DNA of 64,000 nt from the human T2T-CHM13v2.0 reference genome, Homo sapiens: the NCBI RefSeq assembly GCF_009914755.1, contig NC_060948.1; one strand, written 5' to 3'. The translations under genes and the position numbers were made by a program. Position 1 is the stretch's first letter, and the number at the start of each line of letters is the position of its first letter. This document shows positions 27,626 through 41,342 of this stretch, piece by piece. The notes under the pieces are model-generated. The model made no database searches and was not told the DNA's origin. It worked only from the letters and a program-made list of their open reading frames with translations.

Positions 27626-28218
27626 ACACAGTTATTCGTCTTTTAAAACACAACTTTTCTCCAGCTAATTTTCCCATTTCTGTGCAGTAGAATATGAATG
27701 TGATAGTGACAATCCATTTTCCAGGAACTAAAAAAGAATGGCCCTCCTATGGATGGGGAAACAGGATGGAAAATGGGTTTATTCTGGAAAATTTTGAGTG
27801 AATCCAGAGAATAGAACTTTCACTCTCTCAAAACACCCATCTGTTCAGACATTTATGTGGAATAAATAAAATTTTCATCTTGGGCAAAGTGCTGTTGTTC
27901 GTTCCATGGAGGAGACACATTAAAGCTGATTTTATTAGTGATAAAGGAAAAAAAGCAGTGTTTGTTAAGAGAACAAGAGGCTCAAAGCATCGGCAACACA
28001 CACAGGGGTAGTTCAGAAAGGATTAGGTGAAGAATTAAGATCAGACAGAACCAGAGAACTATTTGAGCCATAAGAGTTAACTCTGTATGTGTGTATCTAC
28101 TCAACAGATACATCATTACTCAGAAATGGAAATTGATTTTAGAAAAGAGTGTCTTTTATGTTTTTATGTTTTAAGCGTATATTTAAAATTTTTTAGTAAC
28201 CTCTATAAAAGGCTATAG

Positions 28219-28875
28219 TGTGGCCAGTTTTCTCTAACAGCTGAGCAGGCAGGACTCCATGACAATGGTTTAGCAGTGACTCAGTGGTTAAGTTACACAT
28301 TAAAAGCTGAAAAGTGTCTTCGGACATTAAAATGTAACAATAGCCCACCAAGAATTTTACCTAGGCCTTTCCTGAGCCTTGAAACATGACAAAATAATGA
28401 AGGAATTCTTAATGGGATCCGTTTAGGATTAAACAAGTTTTATTTGGGGTCTGAAGAAACTCCCCAGACCACCACAAACAAGTTTTAGTGGGGGTCTAAC
28501 AGAACTCCCCAAACCTCTATGATTTAGCAGGGCGCAAAATAAGGGTAATCACCCCCAGCACTTGGACCCATCTAGATTAAGTAAATTTACTGAGGCTCCA
28601 GAGGAAGGTCTTCAGGACTCAGACCTTAGTTGTAGATTAGAATAGTTTATCACTTATGTCTTTAGATGAATGCACACTTACATGTAGATATATAGCTTAA
28701 AAAGCATATAAGCTCTGGAAAACTTTGTAACTTGAGTTGGTCGGGTGATATTTTCCAGGTCTTCTCCCTGTATCAGGTTACAAAAGTAAACTCTGTTCTT
28801 TCCCAGCTTATCTGCATCTGGTTATTGGGCTGCCAGAATAAGTAGCCTGACCTCACTATGCTCACTATGGGAACG
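28219..28875 (+). mobile_element. ERV solo LTR, ~660 bp (family not securely assigned; LTR62/LTR66-like)
   Basis: Internal repeat aaacaagtttta..gggggtct..gaactcccc; TATA-like gcatataagc near 28705; ends gggaacg; resembles a recalled LTR consensus. Confidence 0.7.
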
Positions 28876-31205
28876 ATAACGTCCGTGATTTTTTTTTAAC
28901 ACACAATTTTTTGTCATCCTATTTGAGAATCCTTTCAGGTATTCTGACATTCTTGGCAAACTTTGTATCTGGCAAAGAATTATCCCAAGAATGTGTGTAC
29001 TAATAATACCTTTGTTATCCATAGGGGTTTTAAGGAAAACAATAATACTCATCAACTTTTTATTTTCTAACAAGAAAAGGTCTTTTTATTTCCTGGCACT
29101 TTGAACTTGTCCCTTGTATAATGAAATGACAATTTTGATTTAAGGATTTTCCTCATCAAAATTTCATCCCGAGTTTTCTAATGAATTTTGAATTGAAAAA
29201 GAGGCATTATGACTCCACAAACCCTTTAACTTAACATTTCTTAAGGATTGATTGACTCGATTCCTGGTTGCCTCTTTCCTAAGGCACATTTCTCTGTCGT
29301 TACTCCCCATTAATTTGAGAAAGAATATCAATTTCTGTTTCTGTCCCACCAATTTTAAATTGTTTGACTCCTTGGGACAAGACTGCAAAGTGGTTGAATC
29401 ATTCAGTGAGAACCATCACCATCCACTAGAAATGAGGGTGGTAATCTGCAAGAATTTTACTGTTAATGAATATGTTAAATTTTGAGATTATAGGCTTCTA
29501 AAATTTTACCAATCACTTAAATGTCTCACTGGAAAAATTAATGCTCTTTCTAAAGTGCCCAGTTCCCTCTATAGATGATATAATTATTGGGCATCAGGAA
29601 ATCTTCACGGCTTCCCTCACAGTGACTAAGGCAGATTTGAAAACCTAAATTTATGTGTGCATTTGTCAACTAAATATCTTAATATAAATAATATCCAATG
29701 CTATTACTTTGCTGCATATCTGATGTTAATAATGAAAAACCGAAAGTGATTAATTCTAAAACACTATGTGTTAATATTTCTGTGTTAAGTTCACTGAAAA
29801 GTTTCCTTACATGCCTTCCTTTTAGAAATGGATAAGACGTGGGAATTTTATTTAAAATAAGGGGAAGAAAGGCATATCTTTAACTTCACCTTTGTTTGTT
29901 AAATTCAGTGAACACATAACTGAAGGTACGAGATCAGAACATACACCACACCACGGTTGTTGAGTTAATCCTCCATTGCCTTTGGGGGAATTTTATGAAA
30001 ATTAAAGGTATCCTTGTATTTTGACAATTTGAAGGCCTAGGGAAATAGCATTCAAAGGACTTCTTTAATGTGTAGCCTTCACTGAGAGCTTATTTTAATA
30101 TAGTTCTGAGTGATTCTGTGAATATTCAAAATCTCCTCTGCACTCAAAATTAAATTTACAAAAAGAAAAACCACTGTGTTGATCTTGTGGCCTAGGTAAT
30201 CCTATGTTATACAGAATTAAAAAAAAAAAGGCAGGGATTCCCTTCCTATAAAAAGAGGGGAATATCTCAAACTGCACATGTATTTGAAAAAAATGTTTTG
30301 ACTAATTTACTGAATCAACCCAGCTACGTTATTTAATCCATAGGGAAACTGTTTATGCATTGCTCAGCTAAGGAGAATCAAATAAAAAAAAGTTCATGGT
30401 TTATTTTTTTAATGCCTAGTGGCTGATGGCATATCAATTTTTGCCTAAGTTGAATATCTTCATTTTTACTTTAGAATACATTCTGGCATACATGCTGAGT
30501 TTGTTAAGACAGAAGAAGTTTTGTTTTATATAAACTAAGTTATATTTCAGAAAAAACTCTAAACCGAAATATAAAATTCATCATTTTTTCCTTTGAGCAT
30601 TTTTTGTTTGTTTCTTTCTTTGATATTTCTCTGTGTTTATAGTTGAAGTTGGAAGTTATCTCCTGGTACTTAGTCAGTTAGAGCACTCCATCATCTGCCT
30701 TTGAAGTCTGAGAGTTACAAATACATAACAATAACTGGTCATAAGACCCAATATTTTACAATAAAAATTATTACAGTAAACTTTAATACAATATGAAAAA
30801 ATAATCACAAAGCCAGCTTAAAAAACATATGAAACATTACAAATATATGCATAATCTGTGGAAGTTGTACATAATCCTCATCATTATCTTCATCAGCTGT
30901 AAAGATAAGTTGCAAAAAAGTTTTGAAAATTAATCCCCTCATTTCTCCTTAACCAGTGAGCCAAACACAAAGTGATTATTAGAATTAGAAAATACTAGAA
31001 TTTAATGACAATGAAAATGGTACATTTCAAAACTAAAATCAAGAATATTAACATTAAGATATCTTAAAGAAATAGAAAACAAATCTTACGCTCAATAAAG
31101 TTGCTTACAACAATCTTTATTGGCAAAGCCTCAGAATTCCCAATATAGAATTTTTTTCTATGAATTGACTGGAGAAAGCTAAAACAAATAGGAAATTTTA
31201 TGTAG

Positions 31206-31573
31206 TGTGTTAGCCTGTTCTCATGCTGCTAATAAAGAGATACCCAAGACTGGGTAATTTATAACGGAAGGAGACTTAATTGACTCACAGTTCCACATAA
31301 TTGGTGAGTCCACACAATCATGGCGTAAGTAGAGGAGGAGCAAAGTTATGTCTTACATGACCACAGGCAAGAGAGAATGAGAGCCAACTAAAAGGGGAAA
31401 CTCCTTATAAAGCCATCAGATCTTGTGAGATTTAATCACTACCACAAAAACAGTATGGGGGAAGCTCCCCTATGATTCAATTTTCTTGGACCTGGTCCCT
31501 CCCATAATATATGGAGATTATGGGAGCTACAATTCAAGATGAGATTTGGGTTGGATACAGCCAACCCATATCA
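31206..31573 (-). mobile_element. THE1B/C-like solo LTR
   Basis: Complete LTR with perfect 5-bp TSD tgtag (31201-31205, 31574-31578). Confidence 0.95.
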
Positions 31574-32348
31574 TGTAGCATGTCATGGATCCTTATACAT
31601 GTCATGTAATAGAAGACTGCGGTAAGCCATGAACATTTGTATTAGGCTAATTTGCTATAAACAAATGCAAAAACTTGAGAAAAATGGGATTTCCCATCAT
31701 CTTGTGATTATAAACAGTTCTGTTACTTTTCAAAGGTTTATGGCCAGAAGAATATCTTTACTAAGTGTGGCACACTTGTTTAAAATGAGAAACATTTGTA
31801 TTTAACATGTTTTCCTTAAGTTCTATGTTGCAACATATTTGTGTAATTCTTTCTGATTTCCCTCTGCATGTATTGATACAACTCAAAACTGATCATTTCT
31901 TAACTTTGAACTTTCTGAATGATTTTCTTTATCTATGTTTGTTTTAAGGCTGCATTTAACCAATAGTGTTTTTGATGTAATTATAATCTTCCTGCTTTTA
32001 TAGGTGACTTCAACATAAATTCATTTACATTGCCATGAGTGATAGATGTGCATACACTTTCAAACATTAAAAATAGTAAGTTATGCATTAAACATGTTTT
32101 ATTAATGTTAAAATATGTAGCTTTTAATTACAAAGCATTACATATATACATATGGATTCATGTAAACTCACATAATATGTATAATATATACACACATAAA
32201 AATACAATTTAACTTTTTCTGATGTGATCTGCATTTACTTTTGCAAAATATAAACATAAACCTAATTTTTTCACCCCACCTATATTCTACCTATTGTTTT
32301 ATTGGTAAAAAGTGGTGTTTTAGACATTGTAATATTAAATAATTACTT

Positions 32349-32720
32349 TGCAGTATATATTCTCATACTGCTAATAAAGACCTACCCAAGACTGGGTAAT
32401 TTATAAAGGAAAGAGGTTTAGTTGACTTACAGTGCCACAGGGCTGGGGAGGCCTCCAGAAACTTACAGTCATGGTGAACAGGGAAGCAGACATGTCCTTC
32501 TTCACATGGTAGCAGCAAGGAGAATTGCAAAGCGAATGCAGGAAAATGCTCATAAAACCATCAGATCTTGTGAGAACTCATTCACCAACATGATAACGGC
32601 ATGGAGGTAATTGTCCCCATGATTCAATTATCTCCATATGGTCTCTCCCAAGAGAGGAAGGGATTATGAGAACTATAGTTCAAGATGAGATTTCGGTGGG
32701 GACACAGAAAAACCATATCA
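32349..32720 (-). mobile_element. THE1C-like solo LTR
   Basis: ctgctaataaagacctacccaagactgggtaatttataaagg ... gggacacagaaaaaccatatca. Confidence 0.9.
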
Positions 32721-33240
32721 CACATCTTGTCTTTCAAAAGACATTTTTATAATACCCTGCAACTACACAATTATTACACCACATTTCCATGCAATTTAAA
32801 TATTTAGCCCCACACTTTGTATCAATGACATCAGAAATGTCCATCTGGCATTTTGTGTACATTTCTGCCTTCTTCAGGCTGTTGTCCTGTTATCTTATTG
32901 TTTATTTCTTATTTCATGGAACCTTTCCTACGTTCAACTTTATTGAACAGAACAAGTAGTCTCTATCCAGTGTTTATTGTTGCTTTTTGTGATGTATTTC
33001 TCCAATTATGCTGTCTCTTGGCAGATGGATTGCTAACCATTCCAGTTATTTAACAGCATTATTTCCATAGACTCAGCTGGCTCCAAAATATATTTTCATT
33101 GTTTTTGTTTCTGGGTGTTAACATTTGGGAGCTTCTAACTGTCTAAGATAATTTTGTGTTGTCATCAAAGACCAGGATACTTGTTTATGCTGGGAATGCC
33201 AGTGTCTTTCTTGAGACCACAGAATTGGAAATCAACTATT

Positions 33241-33450
33241 GAGTTGAAATTCCAGCTGCAGGAATTATTAGATTGTGTCCTTGGGCAAGTTTCTGAACCA
33301 TTTTATGCCTCAGTAAAACTGGAATCATGATAGTACCAACTACAGAGAAAATTTTCTGGTGCCAAGGAGATTGAAGTGAGCCATCCACTTAAGATATGAC
33401 ACATTATATAAGCAGAGCTGTAATAGACACATTCAGTTCTCTATTAAATT
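33241..33450 (+). mobile_element. MIR remnant
   Basis: tgtgtccttgggcaagtt ... tgcctcagt..aaaactggaatcatgatagtacc. Confidence 0.6.
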
Positions 33451-33500
33451 GCACATTTGCCTTCTGCATATATTTCTGCAGAAAATGTCTAATTTCCACA

Positions 33501-33810
33501 TTTTTTCTTTGTATTACTTTTTTCTTTGAGACTGTCTTATGCTATTGCCCAAGTTGGAGTATAGTGGCACCATCATAGTTTGTTGCAGCCTTGAAATCCT
33601 GGGCTCAAGTCAAGCTTCCACCTCAGCGTGTCAAGTAGCTCAGACTACAGACATGTGTCACCATGCCCAGGTAATTTTTTTTTTAACTTTCTGTGGAGAT
33701 GCAGTCTCACTATGTTGCCCAGGCTAGTCTCAAACTCATAGCTTCAATTGGTCCTCCTAACTGAGCCACCCAAAGTTCTGAGATTAGAGGAAGGCATGAG
33801 CCATCAGTAT
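33501..33810 (-). mobile_element. AluJ-like element
   Basis: Diverged dimer; cctgggctcaag and cactatgttgcccaggct. Confidence 0.85.
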
Positions 33811-34183
33811 AGGTAAGGCATTTAGAATAGGGGTAGGATGTGATAAGTCCTTAGTGAATATTTCTGATGGCTAAAGTTGATATGTCATTGGGGGTATTTT
33901 CATTAACCACCTAGCTGCTGTTTGAATCTTCCAGTGGCAGGAGAACCCACTAAGTGCATCATTTGCGTTTACTATATTTTTGCCATTCCCTCATTTTTAA
34001 CTAAGCAACCAAAACCTTAATCATTCTTTGTCAGAGGAAACTTATGCAGGGTAGCTAGATGCTGTTAACAGTAAAAGGTCTTCACCTCTTTGGCTAAATT
34101 TAAGTGGTTTGATGAGATGATGGTCAATTCCACAGCATCAGATGAGGTGTTAGGATGGATAGCTAGCTAGTTAGATCAACATA

Positions 34184-34231
34184 GAGACTGAGATTGAGAT
34201 TGAGATTGAGATTGAGATTGAGATTGAGATA
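34184..34231. repeat. Hexanucleotide STR GAGACT(GAGATT)6GAGATA
   Basis: Units counted directly. Confidence 0.95.
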
Positions 34232-34266
34232 ATTTTCTGTTTCTCTGGAGAATCTAGGCAAATACA
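34232..34266 (+). mobile_element. MLT2-like LTR 3' terminus
   Basis: ttctgtttctctggagaatctaggcaaataca resembles the MLT2 end ttctgtttctctggagaaccctgactaataca. Confidence 0.5.
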
Positions 34267-36204
34267 GGAATGCACATAACTCCTTCCAGCCCAGAGTCCA
34301 TTGTTGTAGGACAATTCTAGATACAGGAAAAATGACATTTTTATTCATATACATAATCTACAGTTAGGAAAATTTTTTTAGACTAGATCAAATTAGGTGA
34401 TGAAAACATTCTTTATCTAGTAAACTAATGTACCCTACCTTCCTCTCTCTGAACTGTGTAAATTTGATCTTTGAAAGGCATGGTTGTTCAGTAAAGGGCC
34501 CTTCTCAGGAACAATGAAACAATGTTTTTGCAAAAAAGGGAAGGAAAATAACGCATTTTCATTTTCTAAGTTTTTATTTCTTGTTCATGCAAAAAGACAG
34601 ACATTGTGGCAATTTTCTTTACACAAGCATCTGTCCATGAGCCGTTTACCAACTAAATGAGGGATGTAAAATAGAAATCTTAAGACACTAAAGGGCAGAA
34701 AATAAAACCAGATAACAACTCACTTTTAAATTCGATACATAATGTCCTAACGAAATCTCTAATCTGTTTAGGAACCTAAACTTGCAGAAACAAATCTTTT
34801 GAATTCTTGAATGTTTTCAACCTGAAAAAAAAATAAAAAGTTACTCTGAAACATGGAAACATATCAAGATTCTTCCATTAGGTAACATATATGAGGAACA
34901 TTTTTCAGAAAATGGTTATATAATACCGTATCAGCTTTTTTGAGTACTTAATGATATTAAAATTAATTTTAAATTATAATAAAATATGTCATTTGTATGA
35001 GAAGTTTAAAGACCAAGAATTATAAACCAGTTGAGATATAATATCCCTTTATTACAAAGGACATTAAAGACAAATATCTGTGTTATGCCTCAAATGCAGC
35101 TGTTGTACGTGTAGACAAGTGACCAATACAAATTGAATGTAATGTAGATGTGTATAGACACAGAACACACACATACATACATTCTAACTACTCTATAAAA
35201 TATTTTTCTGTAAGGAGACTTAGGTATACCTTTACAGCAACTGAGAAATTTGTTGACATTGAAGCCAGTATTTTACAGCATGCAGCCCATTTGGCTCACC
35301 TTTGCTGAACTTGATTGTGCTCTTAAAACATTGTCTGGTGGAAGAACTATACAGGAAGGTAGGCATGTTGTTACATTGCTTCAGTGCTCTTTCCAACTAC
35401 ATTTTAAAATTTGCATTTATAATTAAGCAGACGGGAAAAGAATATGCATGAGGAAGTTGATAGAGTCTTGCCACATACCAAATATTCTTGCTAAGTGAGG
35501 TATTGTTCAAAGCTCCATCCTCAAGTCAGTAACCATTCAACTCTTACTCTGCTAAATGCTGATAGAATCATCATTTTGCCAATGTACGTATGTTTTCTGT
35601 TTCCAATAATTTCCCTAATAATGATCTCTAAGTGCATTTTTAGTTCTGACTTTGATGAATGGTGTCAATGTAAATGAATATAGCAGTCAGGCTAGCAGGA
35701 GGAAAAGAGAAATAAAGAAACCAGAATTTTACCTTTTCTTAACTCATTAACATCATTTCAGAGTACATCCTTCTTTTTCTCTGTCATAAACCAGTCTATT
35801 TTGTTCAACTACAAACTTGTCATTTTGTAGATCAAAGCGAGTTGAAGGTTGGCAATGTCATCTGGACAAGTTCATATTTGAGTCAGGCCCATTTTCTTGT
35901 TTTATTTATCTTATTTAATTTTTATCGAAATGTCATAGTTATCTTTTTTATTTTTAAAAAAGAGGTCATACAGGTCAAACCTAACTGTTCAGTTATCTAA
36001 TAATTCTCAGAAAAATGAGTAGTCATATAATGTATTAATTTTACTAAAAAGTGTTTATATGTGCCAGGCATTTTGTTAGAAGCTACAAGTAGCCAAAATA
36101 ACTTGTTTCCTAACAAGTCTCCAAAATTTAATTTCCAGAGGGGGATATTTGGATATAATATATGACATAGATGGCATTTGCTGCCAAATCCTGCTAATGT
36201 TTTG

Positions 36205-36450
36205 GGGTTTTATTTGTTTTTTGTCTTTTTTTTTTTTTTTTTCTGAGATAAGGTTTTGCTCTGTCATGCAGGCTGGAGTGCAGTGATGCAATCATAGGTC
36301 ACTGCAGCCTCGACATCCTAGATTCAAACAACCCTCCCACCTCAGGCTTCAGAGTAGCTGGGATCACAGGTGCACAACACCATGCCAGTTAATTGTTTTT
36401 CTTTCTCTCTGTCTTTTTTTGGTAGAGCCAAGGTCTCACTGTGTTGTTTT
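36205..36450 (-). mobile_element. AluJ-like element, 5'-truncated
   Basis: poly-T, right monomer, start of the left monomer. Confidence 0.85.
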
Positions 36451-37251
36451 CTCTATCTTTTCCCATACTTCATCTGTTTTGGGGCTTTTCTTCCCGTCCT
36501 CAAAAGCCCTACAAAGGATCCTGCTGCTTTCCTACCTTGAGTTGATTCAGGGACCCTGTTGTGGAAAGTGTCCTGAAGCTGTCGTGGTGTCTGCCATCTC
36601 ATTCTCCCCAACCTTTGTCAAGCTGTGTCCCTCCTGAGTTTGATCATTCATAGCACTCTGGCTCCTAATCAAGACCTGGACATCCTAGGTCAATTAGGGA
36701 AAATTCAGCCAGGTATACTCTTATCTACAAACTATGATGCCTTAAAATAAGAATCTTAATACCATGACTCACAAAATCATGGAAAATTGGAACGCTGGTA
36801 ATATTATTGGCAAAATATCTGGTGCATGGGATCAAATGATTTATCCTAGAGAGACAGTCCTTAGCTATTATCCAACTTAAAAAGTATGTCATACCCAATA
36901 CAAAAACCATACAAAAATCACCACCTTCAGATACAACAGATGGAGAAGAATTATAAAACAAGACAGGGAATTGAGTATGCTTTCACTTTGGGTGGGAACA
37001 TCATATGGTCTTCATGATGGCATAGATTTAGGGATGTAAATTAAGTTACACATAGCCTTAGTTGTATTTCAGGGTTTTTTTTTAATAGTATTGAAGCTTG
37101 CCTTTTTCTGTGTCACTTACGTTTATATTAATTAATATTAAAGGAAGTTAGTAAACAGAAGACATAAGACTACATATGTGCATATATATGTTAATATTTA
37201 AATATAATATTTGTTCACATATTTATAATTTATATTTATACTTATAAACAC

Positions 37252-37430
37252 TAGCTGGGCATGATAATATGCACCTGTAGTCCAAGCTATGCAGGAGGCA
37301 TATGCAGAAGACAATGAAGCAAAAGCATTGTTTGTGCCCAGGCATTTGAGGCTGCAGTAAGCCATGATCATGCCAATGCCTGCCAGGCTGGGTGACAGAG
37401 TAAGACTCTCTCTAAAAATAAAAATATAAA
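37252..37430 (+). mobile_element. Alu right monomer (FRAM-like), diverged
   Basis: tagctgggcatg ... gaggctgcagtaagccatgatc ... gtgacagagtaagactc. Confidence 0.75.
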
Positions 37431-37536
37431 TTATAAATAATTTATATTGGAAAATTATTTTTAGTTACACTATGACTGTGGCCTCAGCAATTTGCAATTG
37501 TAACATGAGTATAATTAATATAATGAAAATATATTA

Positions 37537-37800
37537 CCAGTCTGAGCAACATAGTGAAAATTTGAGACCAGCCTAGGAAACAGTGATATCTCATCTATAT
37601 AAACAAAACAAAACTAAACTAAAACAATAAAAAAACTAAAGAGCATTAGTTAGGCATGGTGGTGCATGTCCACAGTCCTAGGTACTCAGGAGGCTAAGGC
37701 ACCCAAGATTTCCAGGCTGCAGTGAGCTATGTTCATACCACGGCACTCCAGCCTGGGTGACAGAGTGAGACCCCATCTCTTCAAAACAAAACAAAAAAAT
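37537..37800 (+). mobile_element. 5'-truncated AluJ-like element with a short repeated left-arm piece
   Basis: accagtctgagcaacatagtga followed by accagcctaggaaacagtga, then linker and right monomer. Confidence 0.8.
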
Positions 37801-38283
37801 ATTTATTGAAGGCAAAATATGCTATATGCTCCAGGAGTCACAAAGTGATGGAGTTCTGATCATGTGTTGGGCTGTTGACTCAGCCTCTCATGTCTTTTAC
37901 GTACCCACTCACATCAACCCAGTGGGATAAGAGCAAAGACTTTTAAAGCCAAAGGTAATGTGTTTTAATTAGGTTAAAAGCAAAATTATAAATAATTACA
38001 TGAGTTACTCAAAAAAAAAAAAAAAAAAAAAACAAGAACATACAAGAAACACATTCATGCCCTTAAAAACATAACCACCTTCCTATGTAAAACCTTCTAA
38101 GGTTTTTAGGCAGCAAGAATATGTATCCTCAGAACTGCAGAAACAGCTATCCATGGGATAAAGTGATTCTTTTAAGTGGGAACATTGCTTTACCAGAAAG
38201 GCTGGGGATTTCAGTTCACTGTGAGGTACAAGTTGGATTTCAGTACACAGATATTTTGGTGTCATTCCTGGTAAATAAAAGCC

Positions 38284-39223
38284 TATGAACACAAAATGAA
38301 ATTGTAAACTCCCCAACTGAATGAATGGACCCTTCTTCTCAGCCAAGGGAATTTCAAAGACACCTGAAAAATTACTTCAGGCCATACCTGAAAAATGGGG
38401 GAGGGGGAGGTCAGACATGCCTCATTATATTCCTATTTCTTGGGAAGTCAGTACAACTGAACAGCATTCACTTTAAAACAAAGATCTTAATACTGACAGA
38501 AGAGACACTTTGTAGCAATATGTTACCAAATTCCAAACTGACTCTAGTATACCATCATATGACAGATAGCAGGCTCTGAAAGGAATAAAAATATTTTACT
38601 CCAAAATATATATTTGACATATATTTAAATGGCCCTATAAAGCTGTCTCTTGTAGGGGAAATTTACATTCTGTAGAGAACCCCTTTTTCATTCCAGACTT
38701 TTTTTCTGATCCTGAAAAGATTAGCTGAGAGTCTGGAACGTTTTAGGTGTCTGAATAGGAAACATTTGCCATCTATTGCTTCTAAGGGTAGCCACCTATG
38801 AGACTTCATCTACATAATAAGAACTTTGTTCTCCACAATCCCTTGTCTCAACCCAGACACATCCTTCTACTGATTCCAGGTCTTGAAATAATAACTTAGG
38901 TCTTCCAATCAAATGTCAGTAAGAAAATCTTTGAATCCACCTATGACCTGGAAGCCCCACTTGGCATTGTCTCACCTTTCTAGACTGAACCAGTGTACAC
39001 CTCACATGGATTGATTAATGTCTTATGTCTCCAGCAAATTTGTAAAACCAAGCTGTAATCCAACCACGTTTTCAGGACCTCTTTAGTTGGCTAAAGAGGT
39101 TGCAATCCAACCACATGTGTTTTCAGGACCTCTTTAGACTGCTTTTTGGACCACAGTAACTCATATCTGGCTCATAATAGACCTCCTTAAATATTTTACA
39201 GAATTTGGCTCTTTTCATCAACA
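38284..39223 (+). mobile_element. MER4D-like ERV1 solo LTR (~940 bp)
   Basis: gaatggacccttcttctcagccaaggg ... gacagatagcagg ... tttgaatccacctatgacctggaagcccc ... aatattttacaga ... tcatcaaca. Confidence 0.85.
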
Positions 39224-39308
39224 GTCCATACACAGGTTCTATAGATTCTAGGCTTCTTGGAAGCATGGTAAGACTGAAAATTACATAACCAGAAAATGAA
39301 CTTTAAGT

Positions 39309-39542
39309 GAAAGGTATGATTTATGTTTAGATGTAGTTAAATACTATAGAAATCAGTTTTTTGCACAGATAGGAAATTCCTGAAATAGCAGAATAAAATA
39401 TTTTGAGTTAAATCCAGCAGAAGCAGAAAGGTTTGAATCATGTTTATATGTAGTTAAATATAATAGAAATAAGAATTTTGTGCAGATGGGAAAAGCCTGA
39501 AGTAGCACAATAAGACATTTTGAGTTTGATCCAGCAGAAAAT
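39309..39542. repeat. 117-bp tandem duplication, ~80% identical
   Basis: Copies 39309-39425 and 39426-39542 align without gaps. Confidence 0.9.
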
Positions 39543-40371
39543 AGGCAAGTTTCAGTTAAAGTGGGAGACACAATTATAATATAATACATCTCACTTAGGG
39601 AGTTTGGATTCCTCAAACAGAGAGGAAGGAAGTAGACCACAAGTACTAACTACTAGAGTCAGAATAGCAAAAGAGTGAACCGAGGATATCTGGTGAGGTA
39701 CTCTAAACTGAAAAGCAATGATTAAATTTTTCATTTGCAACCTTAAAAGAATTTTTAAACTCATTAGAGAAACTTAAATAACATGAGAAATGATAAAAAA
39801 AAAAAAAGATGACCATTCTGCCGAATCTAAATTAGGTAGCTGCTATTATGATTGTGGAGACAAAAACTAACCATGAAAATGACAATCCATTGCATTGCGA
39901 ATTGTATTAAGCTACATAGAGCAGTTAGACTTACATAGTAAGACATAATAGAATTCAATCTCCCTTTTACTCATTGAGCAAATGTTAAGACCCTTTAATA
40001 TACTAGAGATCATGAGAAATACTAAAATTTATAGCTTTGGTATGGCCTCCAAAAGAGACAAAATAATCATAGGAAACAAATAAAACATACGAGACAAACA
40101 TGAGGTTGAGTGCTCATAATAAGCAACCTTCTATAGGCATTCATTTCAATGAGAAAGCACATTTGTTCTGATGGAGGAAAACACTGTAAAGAGGGAAAAC
40201 ATTAAATATAAGTAAGAAGAGATTAGGTGAGCAGTGCTAGTGAGATTGGAAGAGAAAGCATATCAGAGTACAAGTGAAATGCATGTCTTATTAGCATTGA
40301 TAGAGTTCAGCTTGGTCAACTGCTGCTGACAAGGAGAGTGTAGCTGGGGAAACACAGGCTGACCCCACCTG

Positions 40372-40523
40372 TGCAAAACATACAAAAATTATCCAGACAT
40401 AGTGGCACATGTCTATAGTCCCATCTACCCAGGAGGATGAGGCAGGAGGATTGCTTGAGCCAGGGGTAAGATAATATGGCACCGTGGCTCTCCAGCCTGG
40501 GTAACATGGTGAGACCCTGTCTG
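40372..40523 (+). mobile_element. Alu right monomer with linker
   Basis: tacaaaaattatccagac ... gaggattgcttgagcc ... gtgagaccctgtct. Confidence 0.8.
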
Positions 40524-40534
40524 AAAGAAAAGAA

Positions 40535-40586
<52 letters not shown>

Positions 40587-40621
40587 GAAAGAAAGAAAGA
40601 GAAAGAAAGAAAGAAAGAAAG

Positions 40622-40675
<54 letters not shown>

Positions 40676-40800
40676 GGAAAGGGAGAAAGAGAGAGAGACA
40701 GCAAGAGAAAGAGAGAGAGATAAGGAGGGAAGGAGGGAGGGAGGATGGGATGAAAGAAGGAAAGAAGGGAAGAAGGGAAGAAAAGGAGGTGGTGAGGGAG
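40523..40800. repeat. Compound STR (GAAA)12 GA (GAAA)3 GA (GAAA)5 GA (GAAA)13 plus purine-rich tail
   Basis: Counted directly over 40537-40674. Confidence 0.95.
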
Positions 40801-40940
40801 ATTAAGAGATGACAGATGAGTGTGGCCACAGTTTGGCTGAAATTCTCAAGAATTACTCAGTGGCATCATGGAAAACTGTCTAATAAAATTGGACTCAAGA
40901 GAAAATAAGGTGAGAGAGGAAGTAGATAAGAAAGGAGACA

Positions 40941-41232
40941 GGCTGGGCATGGTGGCTCATGCCTGTAACCCCAGCATTTTGGGTGGCCGAGGCAGGCAGA
41001 TCACTTGAGGTCAGGGGTTCGGTTCGAGACCAGCCTGGCCAACAGGGTGAAAATCCATCTCTACTAAAAATACAAAAATTAGCTGGGCATCATGGTGTAT
41101 GCCCATAACCCCAGCTACTTAGGAGGCTGAGGGAAGAGAATTGCTTGAATCTGAGAGGCAGAGTTTGCCATCAGCTGAGATCATGCCACTGTACTCCAGC
41201 CTGGGCAACAGAGTAAGACTCTGTCTCAAAAA

Positions 41233-41267
<35 letters not shown>

Positions 41268-41295
41268 GCAAGAAGAAGAGGAAGAAGAAGAAGAA
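40941..41295 (+). mobile_element. AluSx-like element with (TAAA)n then (GAA)n tail
   Basis: Full dimer starting ggctgggcatggtggctcatgcc. Confidence 0.9.
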
Positions 41296-41342
41296 AACAC
41301 ACAAAAATAGTTAGATTTGCTATATAATGTGCTATATATACA

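Noticed and set aside
37990-38060. Orphan A22 run as a processed-pseudogene tail
   Set aside because: No canonical AATAAA, TSD or ORF upstream that I can support.
40291-40829. FLSF- and KKER-repeat ORFs
   Set aside because: Translation of (GAAA)n plus Alu sequence.
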